From Piromyces finnis finn (Eukaryota > Fungi > Neocallimastigomycota), in NCBI GenBank assembly GCA_002104945.1, contig MCFH01000076.1, forward strand, positions 1-64,000: a stretch of 64,000 nt of DNA, given 5' to 3'. Below the pieces are notes generated by a model that searched no databases, had not been told where the DNA came from, and saw nothing but the letters and a program-made list of their open reading frames with translations. Made by a program: the position numbers and the translations under genes. Positions 1-13,656 of this stretch are shown in pieces. Numbering within the stretch: the stretch's first letter is position 1; every line of letters starts with the position of its first letter.

Positions 1-500
1 TATTATTCATAAAAATATTATTCATAAAAATATTATTCATAAAAATATTATTCATAAAAATATTATTCATAAAAATATTATTCATATAAATATTATTCAT
101 AAAAATATTATTCATATAAATATTATTCATATAAATATTATTCATAAAAATATTATTCATAAAAATATTATTCATATAAATATTATTCATAAAAATATTA
201 TTCATATAAATATTATTCATAAAAATATTATTCATAAAAATATTATTCATAAAAATATTATTCATATAAATATTATTCATAAAAATATTATTCATAAAAA
301 TATTATTCATAAAAATATTATTCATATAAATATTATTCATAAAAATATTATTCATAAAAATAGTATTCATAAAAATATTATTCATATAAATATTATTCAT
401 AAAAATATTATTCATAAAAATATTATTCATAAAAATAGTATTCATAGTAAAACTATTCATAAAAATATTATTCATATAAATATTATTCATAAAAATATTA
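1..500. repeat. 15-bp minisatellite (TATTATTCAT-AAAAA/ATAAA), about 33 copies, runs off the window start
   Basis: Direct 15-bp periodicity with two alternating variants. Confidence 0.97.
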
Positions 501-561
501 TTTATTATAAAATATTTATTATTAAAATAGCATTTCAATTTATTTCTACTACCTGTTTCTA

Positions 562-599
562 CCTCACCCCTCACCCCTCATCCCTCATCTCTCACCCCT
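562..599. repeat. Short 7-bp tandem repeat (CCTCACC-like), about 5 copies
   Basis: cctcacc cctcacc cctcatc cctcatc tctcacc cct. Confidence 0.8.
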
Positions 600-778
600 A
601 CTATTGCCATGTGTTTTTCGTACCTTTTCGCCGCATATTGCTGTCCATTGCAATATATTGCCGTCTGAAAATTTATATTGTCTTTTTCTATCGATTGACT
701 CCCCGTCTCGCAATCTAATTGGTTCACTGATCCTAAAAATTTTGCTAAGAATTTCTCTAAAAATTAAAAAAAAAAATT

Positions 779-852
779 CACTCACGGCGGGACTCGAACC
801 CGCAATCTTCAGATTAGAAGTCTGACGCCCTATCCAATTAGGCTACGCGAGC
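779..852 (-). tRNA. tRNA-Arg(TCT): tRNA-Arg, anticodon TCT, intronless
   Basis: Full cloverleaf (GCTCGCG/CGTGAGT acceptor, TCAGA-CTTCTAA-TCTGA anticodon arm, GCGGG-TTCGAGT-CCCGC T arm), followed by a T-run terminator; identical to 61330-61403. Confidence 0.97.
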
Positions 853-864
853 CACTTTCAATTT

Positions 865-2005
865 TGTAAGAAATATTTGTGGCCATAAGTTTGCCCACAA
901 ATATTTCAATTGAAACCATGTCAAGAGTTAGAGTGGATTTAGAATTATAATTAAGTCTACTAGGTTAGGATAGGCTTAATTATATAGTAAATAATAAATT
1001 TTATAAATACAAGAGTAATAAATATAGTTTTTTAAGAAATATTTTATTTAATTTTTATAATATAAGTAAATGATAATTATTAATTTTAAATATTGAATTT
1101 ACTATATAAAAATGAGTATAATAATCTCACAAAGAACTTCTTAAAGTTGTTTTTTGTTCAACTTATTTATACTTCATTTTTAATATAATGTTGATATTAA
1201 TAAAGTATAATAATAATATAATTTAAGTTATACATGTATAATAATATAAATATAAATATTAATAAAATATAATAGTAATAATAATATAATTTTCTTTAAA
1301 TATCGATATTAATAAGTTGTTAAAAATAATATTAATAATTATTTAAATGAATCTTATTTTACTAATTGGTTTGTTTAATATTAATTAATTGTTACACTAT
1401 TTATCTCCGGATAATAAATAGCTTTCCAATTAATATTTATATTAAATAAACTATTATTAGTAAAATATTATTAAATTAATATTTTAATTAATTTAACTAA
1501 TAATTCAAAATTATGAAATTTCATGAAATGTCAAATTTCATGAATTGTGATTTTGACAAACCATATATTCTGGTCACCATTTATTGGCCAAATATATGCA
1601 TAACCATATATTAATGGTTATTAATTAAATAGGAAGTTTATTTGCTTTACCCAATCAAGTGGTAAAGAAAATAAACTCATATAGTTAAATAGTATAGTCA
1701 AAACTAACGTTAAATACTTTAGCGTTAGTATTAAAGTAAATTAATAACTATAATAATAATTAATGTAGATAATTATAATTAATAAATAAAAGATATAATT
1801 AAAATATAATTATTTAAGTAAAAGTTATTTCATAAAATATTTATATAAGTGTTTATATTTATTTTAGTGTTATAATATTTATTTTCCTTCTTTTATTATT
1901 TTTTATAAAACTTTATTTAGTTATTAACTCGTATAGAGAGGTAATAACTAACTTAATTAACTAATTTAATAACCTATTAACTAATATTATAATAAACCTT
2001 TTACA
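865..2005 (+). mobile_element. Solo LTR, family A (865-918 + 1564-2005), interrupted by solo LTR N
   Basis: TG...CA; near-identical to the LTRs of element A; TSD AATTT at 860-864 and 2006-2010. Confidence 0.93.
919..1558. mobile_element. Solo LTR N (640 bp) nested in the family A solo LTR
   Basis: TGTCAA...TTGACA inverted termini; TSD AACCA at 914-918 and 1559-1563. Confidence 0.88.
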
Positions 2006-2010
2006 AATTT

Positions 2011-2629
2011 TGTCAAAAAGCGATTTTTTATTAAAGAAAAGTGTGGTAAGCACACTAGTTATATTAATTAATAAATATAATACGCTTTCCTATTGAAGGC
2101 GTAAAGCTAATAATATTTATATAAAGAAATTTAAATAATATTTTTATTTTAGCAATAACTTAATATCAGCATATATTAAGTTATTAAAAATATTAAAATT
2201 TTTAAAGTTTTAGGTTTTATAGGAGTTTATAAATTTTATTAACTTTAGGTTAAAAAATTACTAACGCTAAAGCTTCGTAATTTTTGTCAATTTTTGTTCT
2301 TTTTATACATGAACAATTTTAATTATTACATTTTTTAATTTTAATTAATTATTATCTAATTATAAAATATTTAATTTTTATAAATTAATAATTAATATAA
2401 TTATTGTAAATAGTTAATAAATTTAAATTAAAATTTTTAATAATAAAATTTTAATAATTTTAAAAAATTTAATAATTTCAAATATTAGAAATTTTATACT
2501 TTGAAATTTTTTAATAAAAATTTAAAAAATAAATTTTTTCAAATTTTCAAATTTTCAAATTTTAAAAAAAATTTTTAATTTTTTCCATGTGTCCAAATTT
2601 TTTAAATTTTTATATATGTTATTGTGACA
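2011..2629 (-). mobile_element. Solo LTR, family B
   Basis: Near-identical to LTRs 40790-41408 and 46975-47593; TSD AATTT at 2006-2010 and 2630-2634. Confidence 0.95.
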
Positions 2630-2634
2630 AATTT

Positions 2635-3494
2635 TGTTGTTAAGGAATGAACATAAATAGTTGAATTAGCTAGAATTTTAGGAATTAACCTTCAACTATT
2701 TATATTCCTTACTAGTGTTTAACTCTATTTTTAAAATATAAAAATTATAATATATAATTTTTATACATTTTTCTAGTAATTATTAATATTTTTATTATAT
2801 AGTTATATTATTTGTATATAGTTATTTAAGACCTTTATTATTAGTATTAGTATAATTACTTATAATATTTTATACTTATAAATTTTACAAAATTTTATTA
2901 TTAAAATAGTTAGGTATTTTATTATTATTTAAGGTTTATTTTATTAATTAACTTTATTGTATAATATTTTATAATTTGAAATTATGACATAGAATTTAAT
3001 TATAATTTTTACTAAAAGAGGCAACTGTTACACACAAAACAGAAGATACCTCGACAGAAAAATTATTATTTATGTCTAAAAAAGGGCATAATTAATTGAA
3101 TAATATAATTTTATTATATGTCATAATTAAATATATAATATATGATATGCAAAAATGTTACACATATCATAAATTAAAATTTTATTAATTATAAATTAAA
3201 AATTTTTCTATTCAAATATTAAGAGATTATTCATAATATATATTAAGGATTTAATTAATATATGTTACAGTGAATGATCCATATATTATGAATGAAATCA
3301 ATTTAAATCCTTAGCTATCCAAAACCATTAAATTTCAAATAATGGATAGTTGGAAAAAGTACGAGGATTTTTGAGAAAAATTTTAAAAATTGAAAAATCA
3401 AAAATAAATTAAATGAATAAAAATTAAAATTAAATAAATTTTTATTTTTATAACTATTCAAGTGTTTTGTGATATCTTATTTGAACCGTAGCAT
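2635..3494. mobile_element. Probable LTR-derived segment D, right end unresolved
   Basis: Starts with TG directly after an AATTT copy; contains a PPT-like AAAAGAGGCAAC followed by TG at 3026; no matching terminus or TSD found. Confidence 0.4.
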
Positions 3495-3989
3495 TGTAAG
3501 AAATATTTGTGGCCATAAGTTTGCCCACAAATATTTCAATTGAAACCATATATTCTGGTCATCATTTATTGGCCAAATATATGTATAACCATATATTAAT
3601 GGTTATTAATTAAATAGGAAGTTTATTTGCTTTACCCAATCAAGTGGTAAAGAAAATAAACTCATATAGTTAAATAGTATAGTCAAAACTAACGTTAAAT
3701 ACTTTAGCGTTAGTATTAAAGTAAATTAATAGCTATAATAATAATTAATGTAGATAATTATAATAAATAAATAAAAGATATAATTAAAATATAATTATTT
3801 AAGTAAAAGTTATTTCATAAAATATTTATATAAGTGTTTATATTTATTTTAGTGTTATAATATTTATTTTCTTTCTTTTATTATTTTTTATAAAACTTTA
3901 TTTAGTTATTAACTCGTATAGAGAGGTAATAACTAACTTAATTAACTAATTAGCAACTTATTAACTAATATTATAAAAAACCTTTTACA
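3495..3989 (+). mobile_element. LTR, family A (495 bp)
   Basis: Near-identical to 39926-40420; followed by AATTT (3990-3994), but the left flank is AGCAT, so there is no clean TSD. Confidence 0.92.
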
Positions 3990-4830
3990 AATTTTATTGA
4001 TAACGGATTGTGTAAAATATTTTAAACTAAGTTCAGGTTTGTATACACTAACTAAACTAAACACTAGTTATAAATTTATTAATTATTAAACTTTTTATTT
4101 ATTAAATTATATTAAACTAAACTAAACTAAAACAACCGTTGATTACTTTACCGTGAAGGTTATTTCACCAGAGCCCTCACTAGGTAATCAATTATTAACT
4201 AATTAAATTAAAACTAATAATCTAAACTAACTATATAACTAAACTATACGATTTTCCAACTATCGTTTCAATAGTTGAAAAATTTTCTTTATTTATACTT
4301 TTTAAATAAATTGAATAAATTCTAATATACATGTTTTAATATTATAATTTTACATTGTTTACATTTATGCATTTATTAAAAGAAATTATTTGTATTAAAC
4401 TATTTAAATTCAATTTATTTACTAAAGAATTTTCTAAACTTAAAATAAAGTTTTGATTTATTTACTATATGGTTGATTATATTTCAAACATATATTTAAT
4501 TTATTTATTTCTAATTTTGAGGCTTAGTTTATAAAAAAATTTTTTTCTTATCTAAAATATTTATTGGTTAAAAATTATTTAATTTAAAAAATTTATTTTA
4601 TCATCAAAAACTTTATCTTATCATAAAATTAAATTTACATAAATTTATGTTAATGTATTGTAATACATTATTTTATCGTAACTTTAGATTTCACATAGAT
4701 TTATGTTAATGTATTGTGATATAAATCTTGTAAAGATTTACGGTACATTAATTCGATACATTGTACATTATTTTAAATGCGTATTAAAATACATTATTCT
4801 ATTAATACAATATTTTACATGCCCCTCTTC

Positions 4831-4957
4831 TTAAGTCGAGCCCCTGAGCGACTTATGTTTAAGGTATTCCTGGATCAATTGAGGGTCATCGATTTCATCT
4901 TCTTTAAGCCATGTACTTTCTGAAGGTAATAAGTTTTTCCAAACCATAAAGTAGTAC
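4831..4957 (-). pseudogene. Detached C-terminal half of the element C integrase chromodomain
   Basis: After removing J and one AGTAC copy, the frame reads ...GTKY-YFMVWKNLLPSESTWLKEDEIDDPQLIQEYLKHKSLRGST-stop. Confidence 0.9.
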
Positions 4958-6532
4958 TGTAAAAGTATAAAATTTAAAACAGATTTTATACTTAAAACAA
5001 AACAATTTTTAATAACACAAAAATAAAAAAATAAAACATTAAATTTTTATTTTAAAAAAAAAACATTTTTATTTAAACTCTTAAAAATATTATTAACTAT
5101 ATAATAGTTAATAATTAAAAAATTGAAAATAACAATTACATCGATTTAACAAATAAAAATTACATGTATTTATATTTTTTCATAATTATATTCTAATATA
5201 TTATTCTATTTAAATAAACATATATTTAATATAAAATAAACAAAACTAATTTAATTAAATAATAAAATAACAGAACTAAACTAAACTAATTCATTATACT
5301 TTTAATTCAATTTGAGTAAACTCAAAATTGAATAAAGCCCATGTATTTTCTATAAATTAATTTAATATTATCAATACTATTCTTAATATATTTCCTATTG
5401 AAATATAAATAAATCTATTTTTAAAACTAAGTTAAAATTATTAAACTATTCTAAATTTAAATAAAAAAGTATAATCTATTCTAAAATTAAATAAAAAGTA
5501 TTTGAAAAATATTTTAATTATTTAAAATATTTGAAATATTTAAATTTAATTAAAATTCTTTTATTCCTTAAACTTAAATATTTATCTTAATTTAAATTTA
5601 ACGGAATTATTATAAAATAATTTATTATTAAATTATTCCATAAAATTTACTCAAAAATTTTATAATCAGTTTTACTAAATATTAATTTATTATTTAATAA
5701 TTAATAATTAATTATTAAATAATCTAAAGATATATCTTATATCTTTACAATCTCGCCCTTTAAGTCGAGCTCCTGCGAGATTATTTTCTTGAAGAAATTT
5801 AAATAACAAATGGTTACTACTTTTTCTAAATCATAACATTGTTAAAAAAATATATAAGTATTTAATTTATTTATACTCTTATTATCATTCTTGTTACTTA
5901 TACATAATTCTAATAATTTATCTAAAACTTAATCATCAAGAATCCATTTGTTTTTATATTCAGATTATGGTTATTTATAAATTGTTTTCTATTAACATTT
6001 TTATTTAAGTATTCAAAACAAAACATTTACTTTAAGTTTCAAATTTTTATTTATTCAATTCTTCTTGATCATCATGACTTTTATAATCTTCTTATGCATG
6101 ATCAAAATTCTATTTTACAATTTTAATACTTTTTATTAATACTTATAATAATCTGTTCAACTTTCTTTGGTTTATTAGCTGAAGAAATTTCAATATTAAA
6201 TTTTAAATTAAATCCATAGTTTGTATAAAATTGAAATTGATTGATTGATTACAATAAAATATTATAAGTAGATTCCAATATAACAATCAATTCGATTTTA
6301 TTAACCAACGGTGATATTGGAACAATATCTCGTTCACCCTCTCATTTAAATGAAAAGTCTGTGATAAAATTTATATAAAATATATCAAACAGACAATTCT
6401 AAAATTATAAAGAAAATAGCATTTAAAGAGTATTAAATGTTTTTTATTATTGTACAAACTTTAAACCAAGTGGAACTTATTTTTTTTTAAAGGTTATTAT
6501 TAAGCAAATAAATATAACAAAATTCTTAGTAA

Positions 6533-9500
6533 TGTAATGAGGTATATCTAATGATAAGGGTTAGACTAGAAAATCATTAAGGTTAGATTAATGAAAATTT
6601 CATAATTATATTTTTATAACCAATCATTAAGTAATTAATTCACTTATCAAATTGTATTAAAAAAAAAAAAATAATTTTCATGTATAAAAGAGAGAATAAG
6701 AAAGATAAAATAGTTCTTTAGTGTTTTTATTAATAATTAATAAAAATTAGTTTTTTTTTTGTTTCGTCTTTAGTTTGATAATACACTGACCTAGCGAGTT
6801 AGTCGTATTATAATAATAAATTTAATAAATAAACATTATTAAAAAAAATACATATATTTGATACATTAGAGTGTGTGTGTTTATTATTATAATATTTCGT
6901 TACAATAAAAACACTCTAAGAAAAAGATCGCTACCTCAGTGCCTCGTTTATTTGCTTACTTCTAATTTTTTTTATGGATAACTCTGCTGATTTGAAGAAC
7001 GGTTTTGATGGCAACCGTCGCTACCTGAAGGGATTCTTAGCCAAAATGGACATGATCTTTATGATCCATCCTGAAATAGGAAGGGACGATGGAGAAAAGG
7101 TCTTCTACGTCGTTAGTCGCCTCTACGGGGATGCAATGAATTGGGCTGCTACCTTGATTAACAACCATGATCCTTGCTTACAGGATTATGGCGCCTTTGT
7201 TGGAAAGCTGAAGGCTGCTTTTGGTTTTCAGGATATGGTCTATACTGCCAACCAAAAGCTCAAGAAGATCAAACAACATGGCCTATCCAATACTCAAGAG
7301 TATATCAAGGAATTTAACTACTATGCTGATGAATCCACTTGGAATGAACAAGCCAAGATGGATGCTTTTGTTGATGGGTTGGACGATAGAATCGCCACCC
7401 ATATCCTTCAGATGTTTCCTGGCCCTTCTACCTTGATAAACTTACAAACAATAGCCAGTCGTATAGGAAGTAGATTGGCATGCCACCAAGAGGAAATAAA
7501 CAGAAGATCCAATAGAAGTTTCCGTTCTAAACAAAGCTTCCAATCCCGCTCCTCAGAAAGATCTACAAGTAAATCCACTCAGCCCAAGAAGGAAAATAAT
7601 TTTGGCCCCATTTCAAGTGAAGAACGTAGCCGCCGAATGAAAGAGAATCTCTGCTTATATTGTGGTAAACCTGGTCACCGATTATCTGAATGCCCTATTA
7701 GAACCAAAAAGGAAAACCATACTAATAATGCTGGGGTCCATGTTTTGAATGAACAAGAAAAATCCACTCGACTTTCGGATAACTCCTCTTTACCTCAAAC
7801 TGTTATCGATGTTGATGTTGTTCTTCCATACAAATCTGTCGGAACTAAAGTTCTCTTAGATAGTGGTTCACAATTCTGTTTGATAGACCACGCCTTTGTT
7901 AAGGCCCATGAGATCCCTATAATTACCAAAGTAAAATGCCCACAAATTATAGGTATCGGAGGTCACCAAAAGATTATCGGCCAGACTTGGCCTATAACTG
8001 TGGAACACATGAATCACTCATGCCAGTTACAATTTTACGTCGTAGAATTGCCTTCTTACTGTTGTATTCTTGGCTCTGATTGGCTGGCCCTTCACAATCC
8101 GACAATCAATTTTGCTAGTAAGGACGTTTCCTATCATTCTGAATACTGTAAGGAAAATTGCTTAAGGAAAGAATCTGCTAGCTCTACCACTTCTGAACTC
8201 GAAGACCAATCGAAGGACGAAATGTCAGTTGGAAATACACCTGAATACCCTTTCAATGTATTCACTTGTTTAGAAGAACCTGAAGTTGAGTCACCCCAAA
8301 TTCCAATTCACTACTCTCAACACTCCAAAGTGTTCGAGGAAAGGCTCGCTGATAAACTCCCTCCTCATCGCCCGTACGACTGTGAGATCAACCTGAGACC
8401 AAATAGCAACTTGTTTTATGGTCCAATCTACCGACTTACTGAGAAAGAATCAAAGGTATTAGAAGAAACCATTAATGAAAATTTAAAAAAGGGGTTTATC
8501 CGCAAATCCAAATCGCCAGCTGGTGCTCCCGTTCTGTTTGTCCCGAAGAAGAGTGGAGAACTTCGTATGTGTATCGACTACCGCCGCTTGAACGAAATCA
8601 CCATTAGGAACTCGTACCCTCTCCCATTGATCCAAGACATGTTGGATCATCTAGGAAAAGCTAAGGTGTTCTCGAAGCTAGATCTTCGATCCGCCTATAA
8701 CTTGGTAAGAATCAAAGAAGGCGATGAATATAAGACCGCCTTCACCTGTCAATTTGGCCATTTCGAATATCTGGTAATGCCTTTCGGTCTCAAGAACGCT
8801 CCTGCAGTCTTCCAACATTTTATTAACGACGTTCTTGAAGGCATTATCGGTAAATTCGTCTTTTCGTATATTGACGATATTATCATTTTCTCTGATAATA
8901 TAGCCGAACATCATGAACACGTCAATGAAGTCCTTCGTAGACTCGAAGAAGCCGGACTGTACGCTAAACTTGAAAAATGTCTATTCGACTCTCCTTGTCT
9001 TGACTTCCTTGGTCATAGAATCTCTGCCTCTGGTATCGGAATGGACCCTAATAAGGTGAAAGCCATTGCGGAATGGCCGACTCCTAAATCGGTCCATGAA
9101 CTACAATCTTTCCTAGGCTTAGCCAACTATTATCGTAGATTTATTCCTGGCTTTGCTAAGATTGCTCACCCACTCCACCAACTTTGCAAGAAGAACACCG
9201 CCTTCGTTTGGAACGATACCGCTCAAGATGCTTTTGATGCTTTGGTTAAGCATTTTATTAGTCAGCCTATCCTTGCATATCCTGATGTTGACCTACCTTT
9301 CGTTGTCGAAACCGATGCAAGTAACTTCGCCATAGGTGCTGTATTGTCTCAAGTCAACAAGTCCGACAATATTCTTCACCCTGTTGCGTTCTTTTCTAGA
9401 TCCCTTACAAACCCGGAGAAGAACTACCCTATCTATGATAAAGAACTTTTGGCTATCGTCGCGTCCTTAGAAGTGTGGAGACATTTTTTGAAAGGTGCGA

Positions 9501-11168
9501 ATCATCCTTTCAAAATTATATCAGACCACAGAAACCTCCTTTTTCAGAAGAAACCGGAGAAGATGACTCAGAGATTAATTAGATGGTCCCTTTTCCTTGC
9601 TGAATTCGATTTTGTCATTGAATATCGCCCTGGTTCCTCGAACGGGAAAACCGATGCCTTGTCAAGAAGACCTGACTATCTTGATCACTCTTGCAATTCC
9701 GATTCTAATAACTCTGTCTTTCGTCCCGAAAATTTCAGCTCCTGCTTTGCTTCATCCACTCCTTCTTCTCTTCTTGAAAAAATTGCTCTCTCTTGTAAAC
9801 TTGACAAATTCTTCATTGAGACTTCTAATCAACTTCTCAATGATAATTGTTCTTCTGACTACAAACTTAGTAACAACGTCCTCCTTTTCCAAGATAAAAT
9901 CTATGTTCCTAATGATTGCCGAGTTGAAATTCTGTCTTCTTGTCATGACTCCCCTGCTGCCGGCCATTTTGGTATTTCAAAAACTTTATCCTTGATTTCC
10001 CGTAACTACTGGTGGCCCAAAATGTATCAGGATGTTAAGGACTATGTCCGTTCTTGTGAGGTCTGCTGTCGTTCGAAATCCTCTAGACATAAACCTTACG
10101 GGTTATTATCCACTCTTCCTTTAGGTGAACGTCCCTGGTCTTCCATTGCTATGGATTTTATCACTGACCTCCCCTCTTCTCGTGGATTTACCTGTATCTT
10201 CGTTGTCATTGATCGATTGACAAAAATGGCTCACTTTATCCCTCTTGAAAAAGTTCCCACTGCTGAACGTGCTGCCGAAGCTTTCATTAACAACGTCTTC
10301 AAACTTCATGGATGCCCCTCCGACATTGTTCTCGACCAAGGTTCTCAGTTCACTTCAAAGTTTTGGAAGAAATTCTTTGCTACCCTCAAGATTGATTTGA
10401 AATACTCTTCTGCTTATCACCACCAATCCAATGGCCAGACGGAGAGAGTGAACTCCGTTGTAGAACAATATCTACGCTGCTTCTCAAATTACAAAGGCAC
10501 TAACTGGATCGAATACTTAAGCCTAGCTGAATTTAGTTACAATAATTCAGTTCAAGAATCTGCAAAACAAACACCCTTCTTCTTGAACTATGGTTTCCAT
10601 CCTAATTTTAATCCAACAATTCCAACAACAAGTGAAGTTCCAAGAGCTGAAGAATACACAAAAGAATTAAAAGAAATTATCAGCACCCTCAAGAAAAACC
10701 TTTCGGAAGCCCAAAAGAAACAAGAACATTTCGCCAATAGACATAGACAACCAGGCCCGTCATTCAAACCAGGAGAAAAGGTATGGTTAATCAATAATAA
10801 TTTAGTTAAGGGAAATAAAAAATTCACCCCTCGGAAACTCGGTCCCTATGAAATTGAACAACAAATATCAGAAGTCTCATTCAAATTGAAACTCCCTGGT
10901 AACATGAAGATTGATCCGGTATTCCATAAATCATCTCTCGAGCCTTACTTCGAAGGGAAAAGTACAAACCGAAAAGTTCAACCTCCACCACCTGTCATTA
11001 TAAACGAAGAGGAGGAATACGAAGTAGAAGAAATTCTGGACAAAAGAAGACGCTATAACAAAACTCAGTACTTGATCAAATGGAAAGGATATCCTATTTC
11101 AGAAGCCTCATGGGAACCCGAAGAAAATCTGAACTGTCCAGCAAAGCTAAGAGAATTCAACAAGACCC

Positions 11169-11200
<32 letters not shown>

Positions 11201-11982
11201 TAATAATAATAAAATTAACTAATTTTCATTAATTTTTAGACACAAATGAGGGAATATTAATTTTTAGAATAAACTTAACCGATACCGTTTTGGCGAAGCT
11301 CCCATAGGGATTTACTGGACTTACAAGCGTACCAAGAACAAGTACTATCAAACGGCCATATTGGAACCTTGCCTATGAAACCTCTAGTACTTGTTGGACA
11401 TACTTTAGTCTTGGCGCCAACCCGCCTTACATCAAAGTTACTCTACCAACCCCGACTTCGAACCCACAACCTTCTAGTTCATTGCCAACTACTCGACCAT
11501 TGTACCACACCTTTTAATTCTCATATGAAGTCAACTGCCTATTTAAAAAAAAAAAAAAAAAATTATTAGCTTATAAATTCGTCTGGAATCCGAATTTAGA
11601 GGAGGAGCTTGTAATGAGGTATATCTAATGATAAGGGTTAGACTAGAAAATCATTAAGGTTAGATTAATGAAAATTTCATAATTATATTTTTATAACCAA
11701 TCATTAAGTAATTAATTCACTTATCAAATTGTATTAAAAAAAAAAAAAATAATTTTCATGTATAAAAGAGAGAATAAGAAAGATAAAATAGTTCTTTAGT
11801 GTTTTTATTAATAATTAATAAAAATTAGTTTTTTTTTTGTTTCGTCTTTAGTTTGATAATACACTGACCTAGCGAGTTAGTCGTATTATAATAATAAATT
11901 TAATAAATAAACATTATTAAAAAAAATACATATATTTGATACATTAGAGTGTGTGTGTTTATTATTATAATATTTCGTTACA
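6533..11982 (+). mobile_element. Intact Ty3/gypsy chromovirus element H; LTRs 6533-6904 and 11610-11982
   Basis: TG...CA LTRs differing only by one A in a homopolymer as far as seen; TSD AGTAA; PPT AGAGGAGGAG. Confidence 0.97.
6974..11173 (+). CDS. gag-pol: Gag-Pol polyprotein of H (Gag with CCHC, protease, RT, RNase H, integrase, chromodomain)
   Basis: [14 protein letters not shown]; LLDSGS; YIDD; HHCC and DDE integrase motifs; [11 protein letters not shown]...YLIKWKGY...SWEPEENL. Confidence 0.97.
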
Positions 11983-12239
11983 AGTAATAAAATATTTGTA
12001 AAAAAAATTAACATTCATTAATAATAATGGAAAAACATCATTCAATAATTATATTAACTATACCACTATTTTTTTTTTAATCTTATTATTAAATAAACAA
12101 AAGTGGTATCAAGTCATCAAGTAAATACTATAATTTAATTAACAAATTTATCATTTTTAGACATTTTTAAAATACTTTTAGCATATTTATAATTCTCTTT
12201 TATTTTATAATTTATCAATATATGGTATTATAAAATTAT

Positions 12240-12720
12240 TTCTTTTTTTAAAAATTTAACAATGAATTCATAAATTTAAATATCATCAATAAAACATCAC
12301 AGAATTGATATAAACATATACATAATGTTGTACTAAATATTATTAATTATAAAGTAATTAAAATACTTCATCAAAAGCATCGCTTAAAATATTAAAATAG
12401 AGCTGATACATTTTTGAATAAAAGGTATGATAATAAATTAAAAATGCCATATAAAGATTAAAGCAATTTTAAATTCATCACCTTATTTAATTCTTACTAA
12501 GCTATTGATATATTTAAATTTAGTTTAAAAACATATTTTACTCCATTTATCTTATTTATTGATTAAAGGAATATATGAATTTCAATAATTATATCTTTTA
12601 ATTTCCTACAATCAATATATAGTAATTATAATTATCAATCTCATTATACTTCCATTAAAAAGAATTGTATAAAGATTAAAATCTTTTTTTTTTCCTTTAT
12701 AAAGTTCGTTTTATTAAGTA
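12240..12720 (-). pseudogene. Heavily decayed Ty3/gypsy reverse transcriptase remnant inside J
   Basis: Minus-strand fragments in correct order: YIDCRKLKDII, NSYIPLI, LVRIK*GDEFKIA, IPF, FKNVSALF, CFIDDI*IY, with stops and frameshifts. Confidence 0.8.
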
Positions 12721-13656
12721 CATAAAAACTATTCATTTATTAAAAACTCTTATAATTATTATACATATTACATTAATTTATATTTGTTTTATTCATTATA
12801 TTTATTACATTTATCATATTTATTAACTTATTCTATTTATTAATTTATTCTATTTATTACATTTTATTATATTTTTTTTTCATTTGTTGTATTTATTAAT
12901 TCTATTTTTTTTTAATTATTATTAATACTAACTATTATATTATCAAATTGTTACTATTACTAAAACTATTCCTCATTAATTTCTATTATAGCTATTTCTA
13001 ATTCTACAATACTAAATGAAATTAAGAACAGATCCAGAATAGATTAATTTTCTAGCTCTGATTTCACTGCCATCATATTATTAAGAATAAAAAAATATTA
13101 CACTCATTTCTTATTATATATTTATTTAACTTTATAATTATTCAATCAAAGCTACTATATTAATTTATTCAAGTTATTTGAATCTTTTAAATATAAAACT
13201 TACTTCTTAATAAAAATATAAACTTATTAACTAGATATACAATAACTTCTTTATAATAAATTCAAATCAAATTAAATTTGTGAATTTATTCTACAATTAT
13301 AAGAAATTCTTTATTTAATTAATTTATTTTAATTTATTAATTATAAAAAACATAATTTATTTAACAACTAAATTTGTAAAACCTCCTCATATTGAATTCA
13401 AATTATTTTAATTATTAATCTTAATCATTTGTTTAATGAATTATTTAATAAACTATTACAATCAAATTATCTTAATTTACTAAATATAAAAATAATTTTT
13501 TTTTTAATAAATGTATAACTTTTTAAATAACTAAATTTGTATTGACTTTTGTTGATAAATTCAAATCAAATTAAAAATGCTTTAAATTTATATTCTAATT
13601 ATTAAGAATTTTCTATTTAGTCAAATATTCAGTTATATAAAATACACATTTATATA

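Noticed and set aside
1-500. Telomeric repeat
   Set aside because: The unit has no G-rich strand, and nothing shows this is a chromosome end
5780-6530. Possible decayed coding sequence in the 3' interior of J
   Set aside because: Short open stretches, but no motif I could assign
11411-11420. 10-bp palindrome TTGGCGCCAA in the 3' UTR of H as a dimerisation signal
   Set aside because: Single occurrence, not seen in the close relative I, and not in the usual 5' location
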